Assembly (NCBI RefSeq): GCF_009834535.1
Contig: NC_045697.1
Coordinates: 89,344,001 to 89,408,000 of the forward strand
From: Camelus ferus
Lineage: Eukaryota
DNA length: 64,000 bases
Direction: 5' to 3'
The translations under genes and the position numbers were made by a program. Shown piece after piece: positions 13,302 through 25,820 of this stretch (the stretch's first letter is position 1; each line of letters opens with the position of its first letter). Below the pieces are notes generated by a model that was given only the letters and a program-made list of their open reading frames with translations, was not told where the DNA came from and searched no databases.

Positions 13302-14584
13302 GGCTTGCAGTTTAAAGAATGACTTCACATAGGTGTTCTACTATAATTGTGAATTAACTAATCAAAATCTTAGGATTAAAGGAAAAAACAAAGGAAAAAA
13401 CATAAAAATAAACTTAGGTTAGTCAGCTCCTTCGTTTTTCAGTAACTTCCTGCCAGCCACCAGCAATCATATTGAACTCAATAGGTAAAAATATTATTAA
13501 GTAGGCTTAAGAATTATTTACAGAAGAAGTTAACCTGGTGTATGTAATCTATAAAGGATGCATCATAGAGCAGATAACTATAAGAGCATTGATCTTTAAA
13601 ATATTTTGATTATCTGAGAAACTGTAATTGCAGCTGTAGATAGCTCATCTGGTCAACTGACTGAAACAATAAGAAAGATACTTCATTTCTTTGATAGCAT
13701 GTTTTTTTTTCCTAAATAATTTATGTTTTCCCACAATTATAAGTAGAAAGTATTAATAATAAAAACAAAATGAAGTTAAGGAGATAGCTAAGGAATATTG
13801 TTTAAAAGCTCACATGTGATAATAATTCTGTTCTTGTTTTTAATCTGTTAATTTTAGTGTTTAAAGCCAAATTTAGAAAATGCTTATACCTTTTATACAT
13901 TTTGTTTCATATTCTCCTGTTTTAAATGTAGTTAGTTTTCCCCTCTGGCATGAGCCTGTAACTATTAAGGAAGTATCTGCAGAAAAGAAAAGTTTTAGAC
14001 TTTTAAATACAATTAAAATGGTTAACTACTCAATTTGACAGTTTATTCCCCAGAAATCTAACTCCATTAGATTTTTAGTTATAATATTTTGAAAGGAAAG
14101 AAGATTTACTGAATATGAGATGATCCAAATGTTTTATAATTTTAGTAACATCCTCAAAAGAGTAATCCAAGTGAGGATAATTGGGATAATTATTTTTCAA
14201 ACTAATAATCATCTCACAAAAAATCACACTGCATCTTTCTGTTGCTTTGTACTAATGCATCTTTTAAAACTGTAACAAAATAAGGCTTCTAGGCATGGTA
14301 GTGGCAGTGATATTTCTAATAGTAGTGATAACTAAGATGATTTTTCAAGTAATAGAATTTAAAACATCATTGAATACATTAGCATCTTTCTATATATAGC
14401 CTTACTGGTGGATGAAACTCTCAGGAGCATATAAAATACAGTCATAACTATCATTAAAATTTGGATAATTCAAAGAACATATCAGTGAGCATTTTGCATT
14501 CATTATTCATTATTCTATATAGAATCTAGGTGGTAATGCTCTGGAGTGTTTACATCAGACTGTACATTGAGATGATAAGGCCAG

Positions 14585-14797
14585 ACCCTTAGACTTTATA
14601 CGTCCCACTTGCTCAGCCACTTGAAGATGTGAGCTGCCCTGGGAAGGGAATGCCTTCAGGGGTGTCTCACTGCAGCTGAGGCAGATCCTGAAGGTAGCTG
14701 TTGACACGTAGCAGCTGTCCACTGGCTATCTTCTTTGCCCTTAGATAAGGCTCTTCCTTGAATGGGATACGGGGAGTAGAATTACATGTCTATCACA
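14585..14797. mobile_element. ERVL-class LTR fragment (LTR33-like)
   Basis: GAGCTGCCCTGGGAAGGG...CTGCAGCTGAGGCAGATCCTGAAGG...CTTCCTTGAATGGGAT...TGTCTATCACA follows the remembered LTR33 consensus. Confidence 0.6.
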
Positions 14798-14799
14798 AG

Positions 14800-15420
14800 G
14801 TTGAGTAAACTAGAGAGAGGAGAAGGTCAGCTTCTGGATATATTTTAAAGGTAGGGCTGATATAACTTCCTGATGGATTAGATGTGTGCAGTAAGAAAAG
14901 TAGTTGACAGGAAGATTCTTGATTAGGTATTTTTACCAGAGTGAATACATGAATGGTGAACTGTTTTTAAGTGAACATTTGCAGGGTAGAGAAATGAAAA
15001 GTTTTGTTTGGGTCATATTAAGTTTTGAGCAGTGTATTAAACATCTCATGCAGATGTCAAGTATTGGCATATATGTATGAGATTAGTCAGGAGATTGAGG
15101 GTGGAAATGTAAATTTGGACATTTTTAAAGTCCTACAATTGACAGGAGTGAGAGTTTAGACAAGAAAGCCAAAAATGGAGGCAACGCTTAGAGTTAATCC
15201 AACATTTAAACATTGGAATGATGAAGAGAATCCAGAAAGGAGACTAAAAAGAATTTCTAGTGAGATGATGCAAAGCAAGAGAAAGAGCCAACTGAAGAAA
15301 ATATTTCAGGTTTTGGAAGATAGAGATCAAGATGTTTTTAAATCATTGAACTTGAATTTTTTTCATGTTAAGATGAAAGAAACACTCCCTTGATTAACAA
15401 GGAATACAGATGACTTTAAA
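14800..15420 (-). mobile_element. L2 LINE internal fragment
   Basis: TTCTGGATATATTTTAAAGGTAG...TGATGGATTAGATGTG...GTTTTGTTTGGGTCATATTAAGTTTTGAG...GATGTCAAGTA are characteristic of L2. Confidence 0.75.
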
Positions 15421-17429
15421 TAGTGCAGTGTTGTCTAAGTATGACATATCCTCTATTAAAAAATGACTAAGCAGTAACCATTAGCTTTCACAAAGTTGTG
15501 TTTAACGATAAAGATGCTTTTAGAAGAAAAATTTGAATTAACTTTGACAAAAAAGAGAACAAGTTTAATATGCTTAACTGTGATGATTGCCTAGAATAAC
15601 ATTACAAATCCAGTAAAAATGTATTCTAAATACACAGAAGCTGCATTCCCTGCATAAGTTTCTACTTGGTCAGTAGCTAATTTTACACAAATGCCTTGCT
15701 TATGAAGGCATTTTTTTGGATTGGCATAACTGAAAAATAGTGTCAGCTTAGGTTTTCTATTTTTGCTTTCCTGTGCTGTGTCAACTGTGTATGTAAAACT
15801 GAATCTCAAACTTGTAGATATATTTAAATGATTTTTTAAATAATAATTTATTTTAAAGTATACACATAAAAATGAAAATAAAAATGAAACCTATTTGAGA
15901 ATGTTAAGAGAACTTAAGTTTTGTTGCAAACATATTAAATATAATGCCCATTCAGTACTTAGGCAAATGTTATAATACACTTTCACCACATCAAACAATT
16001 AGTATTGTCAATTAGTATTGTCTTAGATATACTGAAAATACAGTAGCAGGCTACATTTGGACCAAATAATTTTAAATGAGGAACTAATGTGTGATAAAAA
16101 ATGAAAACTATTATTTTTTTAAGAGGAAACCTCACCTGTGTAGTATTTACTGTCCATTAGTTTGTTTGTCTTTACTGAGCATCTTCAAGGATATAATTAG
16201 AGTTAGTATATTTTAGTCTTTCCATGCTGATATTTGGATTGAGTACTCTTAAAATTTATTTTTTAAATCCCATATAAAATTAGGTTCTAATTCTTACTCT
16301 TCAGTAACATAATATTTATTGGAAGGAAGTCTTTGTTATGAGGAACAGCATTATATGTTAATTGCTGTATGACCACATGTACCCTGGAAAATACTTTGAA
16401 ATTAAAATATTTATTTAAGTAAACCAAAATTATATTTGTATACATTCAATCAGACTAACGTTTGTTTCTGGTGGAAATACTTGTTTAAGTTTCAATTTGT
16501 TAAAGGTTGTTTCAATCACAGTATTGTTTACTTTTAAGACATTGAGGATAATACGAAATTTTTGTTATTTGCAAAGAAATATTGCGAGTTAAAATGTAGT
16601 TTACCCATGAAATAACCTCGGCATGATTGGAATTTATTTTAAATTGTGAAAATGGTGAAACCCTGCCATAACTCAACAAGTAAGGTCCAAAAACTTCAAC
16701 TGTACACAATATAGGGTAGCAGCATTGCAAGGATAAGAACAACAACAAAAATACATTTTTAGTTAGTCTTCCAATGACAATGTGGTAAAAGAAAAAGAGA
16801 AAATGTTGCATTTGTTAGTTTTTTATTTATTAGGCCAACTGGGATTGTTACCAAAAAAAAAAAAAAAAAGGAAGCACTCAGTTCAGTATTGAACTAAGAA
16901 AGACTAAAATGATCATGAGGTAGTAATTTGCTAACACTTCTGTTGCTCCATCACTAAGGACAAACTAGCTTTCACTCACCCTGACCCTTTTGTAGAACTT
17001 GGGCAGGCCAGAACATTGGTGTTATTCACCAATGCCACAAAATCTGTATTTTGATATTGTGGGGGCTTTACTGTAATTTGAAATACCATCCACGCAACAG
17101 TCTTTTTTTGTTGTTGTTGGTACATTCATCATCTTGAGTATTGCCAAGGTTTATGTAGTTGAGCTGACTGGCTAGTTGATTATAATATCCCCTTCCTCAT
17201 CGCCTTTAATTAACAAGAATGGTCTTTCCAACTAAAGAATAGCCTCTCTGAAAAGAATGTAAATGAAGAAGTTGTACTTCTCTAAGGAAAATTCTAAATA
17301 CATTGTGTGTATGTGTGTTTTAATCATTCATAGGGTATGGGAAACTATGTTTTATTAAAACTGTGTCTTGTTAAAAAGCAAATGTTGTTTGCAACATTTT
17401 ATTAAATAAGTTAGAGCTCTTTCTAAGCC

Positions 17430-17700
17430 CACTATTTATTTCTACATTTATTTTTTCTTCAACATATACTGGGGCTTGTGTTAGTTCATGAAGATACAAA
17501 TATGAATAATTTTTTGTGCCTGGATTGCTCATAGTCTGGTGGCAGTGGAAAACAAATAAAGAAAAATTGTAATAACTGTGATAAAGGCTATAAAAGAATA
17601 CTCACAAGACTCAGTAGTGCCACCAAGGAGCAAGCAGATTTGAAGGTAGTACAGGCCTAAATAGAACGTTTGAGTTTCAAAATTGAAACCTGGGAAGTAA
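17430..17700 (-). mobile_element. L2 3' fragment
   Basis: GAAGATACAAATATGAATAA...TGCTCATAGTCTGGTGG...TGTGATAAAGGCTATAA. Confidence 0.55.
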
Positions 17701-17731
17701 TAAAATAGGTTAAGAATTTGATGTTCTTTTT

Positions 17732-17854
17732 TATTTACTTATTTATTTTTAATTTTTTTTCTGGGGGAGGTAATTAGATTTATTTATCTATTTTTGATGG
17801 AGATACTAGGAATTGAACCCAGGACTTCGTCTGCCACTGAGCTATACCTTCCCC
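17732..17854 (-). mobile_element. Camelid tRNA-derived SINE (Vic-1-like), internally deleted
   Basis: Minus strand reads GGGGAAGGTATAGCTCAGTGGCAGACGAAGTCCTGGGTTCAATTCCTAGTATCTCC...CTAATTACCTCCCCC plus an A-rich tail. Pol III A and B boxes present. Perfect TSD GATGTTCTTTTT at 17720-17731 and 17857-17868. Confidence 0.9.
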
Positions 17855-19477
17855 TAGATGTTCTTTTTCAAAGTTACCACTCATAATAGATCAGCAATTC
17901 CTTTCAAAGCCTGGTAAAAAGAATCCTTGTTACCCTTACTAAAAGGAAATGAAAGAGGAGAAGAGAAGGTATCATGAGTAAAAATATTCCAATTACTTCT
18001 CTTTGATATACAGGGCTCTAGAATACTTACTCTAGGGATTCATAAGACATACAACCTGCAATCTCATAATGAAAAGATGATTACATTTCATATATACTTC
18101 CCTTAGGGAAGAAAACATATTATTTAAAATGAGGTTAGCCAGCAAATACAATTGTTTAATTTCATCATGGGTTTGGATCCCAGGTGTGGTTTTATAGCCA
18201 TATTAGCAAGCATTAGTTTTGGTGTGTTTTTCTACCAAGTCCTTTTAACATTTCTTTGGGGAGATAAAAATAGAGATTATCAGAGTTCTTTTAATGCCTT
18301 TATCCATTGTCTCTATAACCAATTTCAAGATGAAAATGCCAAAGAGACTTTACAATAAATAGTATCACGGTACTCTGGGATATTACACAATATAAACTAT
18401 AAATCACCACCCTGCAAAGAGTGGCTTCTTTTGTTGTTGCAATTCTACCAGCTTCCAGCAGTTAAGATAGCAAACAAACATGAATAAAAAAGTCTCCAAA
18501 ATACTGAGACTAGATAATTCCATTCTATTCAGGATTTCCCTGTGTCTCAAAGTTTAAATTTGGAATGTATTTCTTATGGGAAAATTTCCCTCTCTCCTTA
18601 CCTCATAAATATCAATGTTACCTAAAGTTTTATGCCTTTCCCTCTACTCATCTCTGTGCTTTCTCCCAGAGCTGTTTTGTCTGCTCCCATATTTTCAGTA
18701 TATTTCAAACATGTCAAGCTATCAACCCTATAATCTTAACCAAGCCTTCTCTTCTAAAATCCTCATATGCTATATACTTCAATTGGATGTTCACATAGTA
18801 TATCTTAGGAGTTTGAAAAATATTTCTCATTTTCCAGTTTAATTTGGAAATTGTTTTGCTTCTGTCTTATTTCTACACTGTATTCATTGAAATGTGTTCT
18901 CAAGAGATAAAATTAAGAGTGTGGCATGGAAGGAGAAGAATCTTGCTCCAAAGAGAATGTACTTTATGCATTCTTGCTCACCACAGCCAAACATTGTCTA
19001 TTCTAACCATTAGTCAATAAGTGAATTGTCAAAACAATGTCTTTGATAGTCATTATGTTTGCGGAATAATTTTATCTGTTGTGTTCTTTATTATATATTT
19101 GACACATTTGACTAAAATAAGCAATATGTGTTTATTCTTTGGCAATTATAAGGAAAGTGTTAAAATATAAATAGTTTCATTTTTTCCTAATGGATGCTTA
19201 ATGAACTATCACAAAGAGAAATGAAGTTAATTTACATATTGTTTCAGTTTTCAACTTGATATGGCTGTAAGTTTTCATAAACATGAGTATCTTTCAAGCA
19301 GAATTGGTAAACAACAACTCATAAATAAACTTTTAGCTATTTAATTTCATAGTATAGTGGAGGTATTTTATAAGCAGATGAATTATCATTGCTCAGTGAA
19401 AAAAATCCTCTGAATCTAGATGATGTCCATTGAAAATTACTGATGCATTAACCCAGAGCAATGTTATTGAAATAAAG

Positions 19478-22400
19478 TTTTTTTTCTTTTTTTAATATGT
19501 ATTTCTATTGAAGCATAGTCAGTTTACAATGTTGTATCAATTTCTGGTGTATACCATAATGCTTCAGTCATACATGAACATACATATATTCATTTCCATA
19601 TTATTTTTTACCAAAAGTTAGTACAAGATATTGAATATAGTTCCCTGTGCTATACAGTATGAACTTGTTATTTATCTCTTTATATGTATACTAGTGAGTA
19701 TCTGAAAATCTCAAACTTCCAATGTATCCCTTCCAACCCCCTTCCCCCCAGTAACTATAAGTTTGTTTTCTATGTCTGTGAGTCTGCTTCTGTTTTGTAA
19801 ATAAGTTTTTTTGGGTTTTTTTTTTTTTAGATTCTACATATAAGTGATATCATATGGTATTTTTCTGGTTTGATAACTTTCTTTTGTATTAGCTTGGTTT
19901 CTTTTTGGTTTTTGTGACTCTATTATATGCTTCTGATTTATGGTTACCTTGTTTTTCAAGTATGTTAACCCCTTGCTATATCTGTTTGCTTTAGACTGGT
20001 AGCCATGTAGTCTCAAACACATCCTAAAAAGAATGAAGGGGGTAAAAAGGAAAAAATACAAAAGAGAGAGGAAAAAAATCTATATTTTCATGCTCCCCTC
20101 TCCTACCTTTTATGATTTTGATGTCCCTTTTTTTTTTTAACATCTTCATGTTTATTCTCTTGCAACTCATTGTAGTTATCACATTTCCAATTATGGTTTT
20201 CTCATATTTATATCTTCCTGCTTATTTTCTATTTAGAATAGACATTTCAACAATTCTTTTAGCATAGGTTTAGTATTGTTGAATTCTTTGAGTCTTTGCT
20301 TGTCTGTGAAGTTCTTTTTCTCTCCTTCTTCTAAACGATACTCTGGCCAGATAGAGCATCCTAGGTTTACAGCTTTTTCACATTCAGGACTTTGAAAATA
20401 CCTTGCCAGTCCCTTCTGGCCAGTAGTGTTTGTGTAGAGAAGTCAGCTGAAAGCCTTATGGGGGTTTCCTTGTAACTAACACTTTGTTTTTCTCTTGCTG
20501 CCTTTAGAATCATTTCATTATCTTTAACTTTGGCCATCTTAATTATAATATGTCTTGGTGTGCGTCTGTTTGGCTTCTTCTTGTTTGGGACCCTTTGTGC
20601 TTCCTGTACTTGGTATTTGTTTCCGTCTTTAGGTTTGGAAAGTTTTCAGTCATGATTTCTTCAAATTCCTTTTCTCTTTTTTCCCCTTCTGGGACCCCTA
20701 TTATGCGTAGGTTGGCATGCTTTATATTATCCCCTAGGTCCCTTATATTGCTTTAACTGGTTTTTACTTGCTTTTCTGTCTGCTGTTCTGATTGGGTGAC
20801 TTCTGTTTTCCTGTCTTCTAAGTCACTTATTCTTTCCTCTGCATTATCTGATCTGCTTTTGACTGACTTTAGCTCAGCTCTTACTCAGTCATTGAGTTTT
20901 CTGTTTTTAATTGGCTCCTCTTTATAGTTTCTATTTTCTTTTTATCATATTATCTGCCTCTATTCATAGTATCTCTTATTTCCTTCAGTGCTTTAATCAC
21001 TTCTTTTTTGAAGTCATAATCTAGTAGACTGTCAAGGTCTGTCTCATTGTTCATTCTTCCAGGGGACCTCTCTTGTTCTTTTAATTGGGAGTGGTTCCTC
21101 TGCCTCTTCATTTTACTTATATTTCTCTGGCTCTATGGATTTAGGAGTATCAGTTGTCTACTGTGATCTTGAAGGGTTGTTTATTTTGTTTGCTTTTTTG
21201 TTTTTATTTAAAGTGGGAGTGTTCCTGTGTAGACTCTTTGTGTCTAATAGTTTTGTTGTGAGGGCTTTTCTTAGTATGGATGGTAGCCACATCTTTCTTC
21301 CCTATGTGTTGGATATTATCCCTTTGATTGGGTTTGTGGTTGGTGATGTGGTGTTCAGGGCCTGCCCTGATTGTTGTTATTGAGTAGGACCTCCTTTTTT
21401 TGTTCTCTAGTTGTCACAGCCTTGACAGGGGCAAGGTCTGCTCCCCCGTTGCTGGAATAGAGGCTTCCAATTCTGTTTCTGGGCTGTGGTGTGTGGTAGG
21501 AAGGGTTGGAGCACTTCAGCTGGGAAGAGGAGTCTTTGAGTATACCTCCCCAGGAGATGTCCACTGGGAAGTGCCCTCTGTGGTGTTGTCTGTCACTATT
21601 TATGTGGGCTTAGAAAGTAATCTTTGTTGACACTGCCTTGTCCCCTCCTTAGCTGGAGGAAAGTCATCCACCTGCTCTGATGTCCCCCAGGTTCTGGGCC
21701 CCAGGAACCACCAGCACAGATCTGCCAACTTCAGGCATTAGGGCCCATTGTAGCAAGCGTGCAGTCACACACCTGACTCTGCCGTGCACCACAGGGTCAG
21801 CACAGACCCCAGCCTCACCTTGTGGACAGTGCAGTACAACAGACTATTGTAAATAACTGTACTCATCTTTGCCAGAACTCTGCTCACTGCCTATTCTTCC
21901 CAGAGGCACAGGTCCACAAAGGGTCCATAGAGAGCAGATCCACCCTCTCTGCCTGGGGCTGTAAACAAATCTCAGTCCTGCCTGTGAATTTGTAGAGCCG
22001 CTGGGTATGGATTCAGCTTTCAGACCCACTTCTTCACAGCAGTGATGGCTGTGACCAAGCCCCACCCCTCTTCTTGACAGCACACTAACAATGGAGCCAA
22101 GAAGAGATAGGGGCTATGGTGTGGCTGTGTTGCACCCCTTCCTCCATACACACAAGCAGTGGTGCTTTTTTATGGTGGTCCCAGACTGTTCTGTTCCACA
22201 CACACCCTCATCCAGAGTTCACACTGCCCTCCAGTCCCCTGAAGCCTCCTCTGTGCAGTGGGCTCCAGCCCTCTCCCAAAGCCCCTCACAGATCTCCTGT
22301 AGCCAGTCCTGGCTTGTCCCTGCTGGCTTACGTCTAAGGCTAGGGATCGCAGGGACCCTCCCTGCCAGTTCTCTTAGTTCTATCTGCCAAGCCGCTGTCA

Positions 22401-22614
22401 CTTTCTCCTCTGAGCCTCAGAAGTTCCGCTTCTATCACTGCTGACCTCCGGGAAGGTTTTGTGAGAATCTTCCTATATTTCAAAGTGTGAAACACTGCCA
22501 GAGTTCAGTAGGTGTTCTGTGCAATTCAGTGGGTTTATAGAAGTAATTCTTGGTGTATTTGTGGGAGAAAGTGAGCTGTGAGTCTCTCTACTCCACTGTC
22601 TGGTGCCTCCCTCC
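19478..22614 (-). mobile_element. L1 with 5' UTR, ORF1 and inter-ORF joined directly to the extreme 3' end; ORF2 absent
   Basis: 5' terminus motif at 22563-22614. ORF1 remnant at 21111-20233. Junction TTTTCT|GGTTTGATAAC at 19866/19867. The segment 19478-19866 aligns by eye with the 3' end of the L1 at 4268-4640. Confidence 0.9.
20233..21111 (-). pseudogene. L1 ORF1p pseudogene
   Basis: My translation starts MKRQRNHSQLKEQERSPGRMNNETDLDSLLDYDFKKEVIKALKEI and ends FTDKQRLKEFNNTKPMLKELLKCLF*; it is interrupted by stops and frameshifts. Confidence 0.88.
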
Positions 22615-22682
22615 GTACTTACTTCTTGATGCCTCTCTGCCACGTTGTAAACTACCAGCATGTTCTCCTTTAATTCGCTTCT

Positions 22683-22810
22683 AGATTACTAGTTTTATAT
22701 GAAAGGATGTAACTCAGGAACAGCCAGATGGAAGAGATGCGTAGGCAAGGTATGGGGGAAAGGCACAGAGTTTTTCAAACTCTCCCCAAGTGTGCCACTC
22801 TCCCCCAAGT
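22683..22810. mobile_element. MER21-group LTR fragment
   Basis: AAGGATGTAACTCAGGAACAGCCAGATGGAAGAGATGCGTAGGCAAGGTATGGGGGAAAGG. Confidence 0.65.
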
Positions 22811-23538
22811 TGCTTTTGAAAGAGCTGAAGACTGAGTTCTCTAGTAGAGAGAATTTTGGGACATTTTGAATTTCACTATTTTGTGCCATAGCCTTTTATT
22901 ATTTTAGCTAGTCCAGAATAAGCTTTCAGATTCCTTTAAACACGTTAATGATTTGATTATAAATTCTTATGTCAAAAGTGTTTTTGTTTGTCTGTGTGTT
23001 TGTGACTTTAATTAAATCCTTTGGGTCAACATTGGGAAAATTTATTCTCATGTAGTTTGACCTGGTAAAAAGCAAAATCTAATTTCAGTTTTTTCCAAAG
23101 GTAATTCATATATATTTTTTCCTTCTATTAACCTACATCACTGTTCCTTGAGAGTGAACTAGTTATATTTCAGTTTGTAGTTGTATGATGGAATTGAAAT
23201 GTGAAATATACTGTGAAATAGAATAAAATGATAAAATACCACTTAATTCAGATATCTACTGTGAGAAGATACAGTATTCCATTGTTTATTATCAATTTAG
23301 AATAAATGCAATAAATTGTAAAGAAAATGTTTACAAATAGCTCATAATCTTAAAATTGATGTAACCTACATATGCTAGAATGCAATAAAGATTGCCTAAA
23401 ATCTCATTGAACAAGAAATCAGAAAAGCATGCCCTTCTGTTCTTTAGTGTACTTTAAAAAATTGATGTTTATTGCAATATCTTAAAGAGACATTCAATAA
23501 ATTCAAAAAGAAATGGAGTAGAGGATACCAAAGGACCT

Positions 23539-24205
23539 TGTATGAGTCAAAGTCCAGTCAGGAGACATAAACCATACGAGTTCTTTTAACAAAGAGAGTT
23601 TAACATAAAGAATGGTTAACAAGCTACTGAAGTATTAAAACATAATAAAGGAGAAACTAAGGTATTATGTGGGAAACAAGTGTGGGAAGCAGATATCAGT
23701 CAGAGAACTCGGAGAACAAGGGGCAGAGTTAGGGATTACTAAACCTGTAAAGTTTGGAAGAGAGGTTTTCCTAGGCTGGAGGCCGACCTCCCAGGGGTAA
23801 AGTTGGCCTGGCACTAACATCTCAGAGCTCAGAAAGGGGTCTCTAAGAGGCTGGGACTTGGGCTTCTGAAGAGCGGATGCTGGTAGGTTCCAGGCCACTG
23901 TCATTGAAAGGTCACAAGTTCAAGTACTGGAAAACTCCAAACTGCCGCAGCTAAAATGAACCCAGCACTGCTGGCTTGAACAAGCAAGGCTAGGAACAGG
24001 AAGCCTAAAGAATCAGTGAGAAAGGAACAATCTCCTTTTCTCTTCCAGCCTCCCAGTCTCCCTTTAACTACCTTAATTGGCAGAGCCTAACAGGAAACCA
24101 GCTGACAAAGCAGGATCACAGTTCACAGAGCTCTAGCCCCCATATCACAGATCATTGTGTAGAAAGACAGGTTAAAAAGAAAGAAAATAAGCTTAATAGC
24201 CAGCA
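23539..24205. mobile_element. Ancient ERVL-class solo LTR (subfamily uncertain)
   Basis: Starts TGTATGAGTCAAAGTCCAGTCAGGAGACATAAACCA and ends GGCAGAGCCTAACAGGAAACCAGCTGACAAAGCAG...AGCTTAATAGCCAGCA, matching an old eutherian LTR consensus as remembered. Confidence 0.65.
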
Positions 24206-25309
24206 GAACTCAATGCTAATGATGGCAATATTTTGGAGATGGATTTAAAATTGTGAAATCAAATTGAAACTGCAAGTTTTGCTGACCTTCTCTAAATCCT
24301 AAAAGTGACATAATATGGTGGAAATTAAAGAATATTTTTAATTGAGATTCAATTGACATAGAAGATTACATTAATTTCAGGTGTGTAACATAATCTACAT
24401 TTTTAAAAGTTTCTGATTTTGCTTGTAAATTTGCTCTTTTGAAAGCTATGACAAACATGAACCTCAGCAAAGAAAATTAAAAAAAATGAATAAAACTTCA
24501 AACAGAGAGTAATATTCATAATTGTCTATCTCCCAATGCACACACATACAAAGTATGAAGGTTACATTTATGATAAAAGGTGGCCCAATGAATTAAAGAA
24601 AAGAAAGTCTTTGCAGTCTGACCATCAGAAAGAGACAAGAGTCAGGTATATCAAAAGTTATCCATACAATGTATGTTTCCCTGGGAGAGTATATAATGCT
24701 TACATATGTTTATAAAGAGAAAACTACTGTTAGATAGAACATAAACCAGCTAATTATTTCCACCCACAATTCCCTGAAAACTTACTATTTAGATTTATCT
24801 CCCAAAAAGTTGGCTTTCATTTTAAAATTACAGTTCTAGAAAAGCAGTCACATTTGCTTATTTCTCTGTGAATATGTCTTCTGCATTTTTTAATTCTTAT
24901 TTTTTTAGGAGATGAACTACCTCAGAAGTTTTTACTAAAATTCATGGTCCTCAACTTGGGGTAGAAATAAGGTGAGTGAGATAATTGCTGCAGAGAAATT
25001 TTTTTCAGAGCTCATTTTTCTGCTAAAAAGAACATAGCTTATATTATATTTATCTCTTTTAGAAAACCAGTCCAAAGTGACTATTACTAGCTTGTTCTGT
25101 TATAGATATCTATATATATATATATTTAGGAAGAATCAAGGATCTAGATATACATGCACTTAGACTTTTATGATACATATATAATTATAAGTGAATTTAT
25201 TAAATTATGAATGACATATAAATTTATACCTATTTTATTCCACAGTATCACAAATCTAGAAAATACATATAAATAAATATTTGTTTATAAGCCTTTAAAA
25301 ATGGCTAAT

Positions 25310-25820
25310 ATTTATTCAGTGCTTTCTAAGTATCTAGAGCTGTTCTAGGTATTGCAGATACATAGATGAAGAAATAGATACAAATCCATGTTCTCATCCA
25401 TCTTACATTCTAGTGAGGAGCAGCCTTCAATAAACAGCTACAATGCGTTACATAGAAATAAATTGTATGATGAGCTAGAAAGCAGGATAGAAATATAGAG
25501 AGTGCTAGTGGAGGAGACTGTTATTATAATCTAGGGTAATAAAAGAAGGAAGGCGTCACAGAGAGTACCATAGAATATAGACAAGAAGAGGGAAAGAGAT
25601 ATTGGACATTGACCTTATCTGAGAACACCATTCCAGAGAGGGAGAGTTAAGTGCAGAAAACCCTGAGACAAGGCAAGCCTTGAGTGTTCACATGGCTGCA
25701 AGGAGACTGATGCTATCAAGTTAGCAAGGGTCAGAGAAGCAAAACAAGAGGTCATACAAGTAAAGAGAGGCAGATGAGATAGGGACTTGTAGAGACTGGC
25801 CTGGTAACTGTAGTAAAAGT
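25310..25820 (-). mobile_element. L2a-like 3' fragment
   Basis: TTTATTCAGTGCTTTCTAAG...TGTTCTAGGTATTGCAGATACA...CTTACATTCTAGTG...CATTCCAGAGAGGGAG...AAGTGCAGAAAACCCTGAG. Confidence 0.8.

Noticed and set aside
15996..16022. 13 bp tandem duplication CAATTAGTATTGT
   Set aside because: Ordinary slippage duplication with only two units; not an array
21400..22614. GC-rich region with many short ORFs, resembling a gene promoter or exons
   Set aside because: It is the L1 5' UTR; the same applies to 53640-54574
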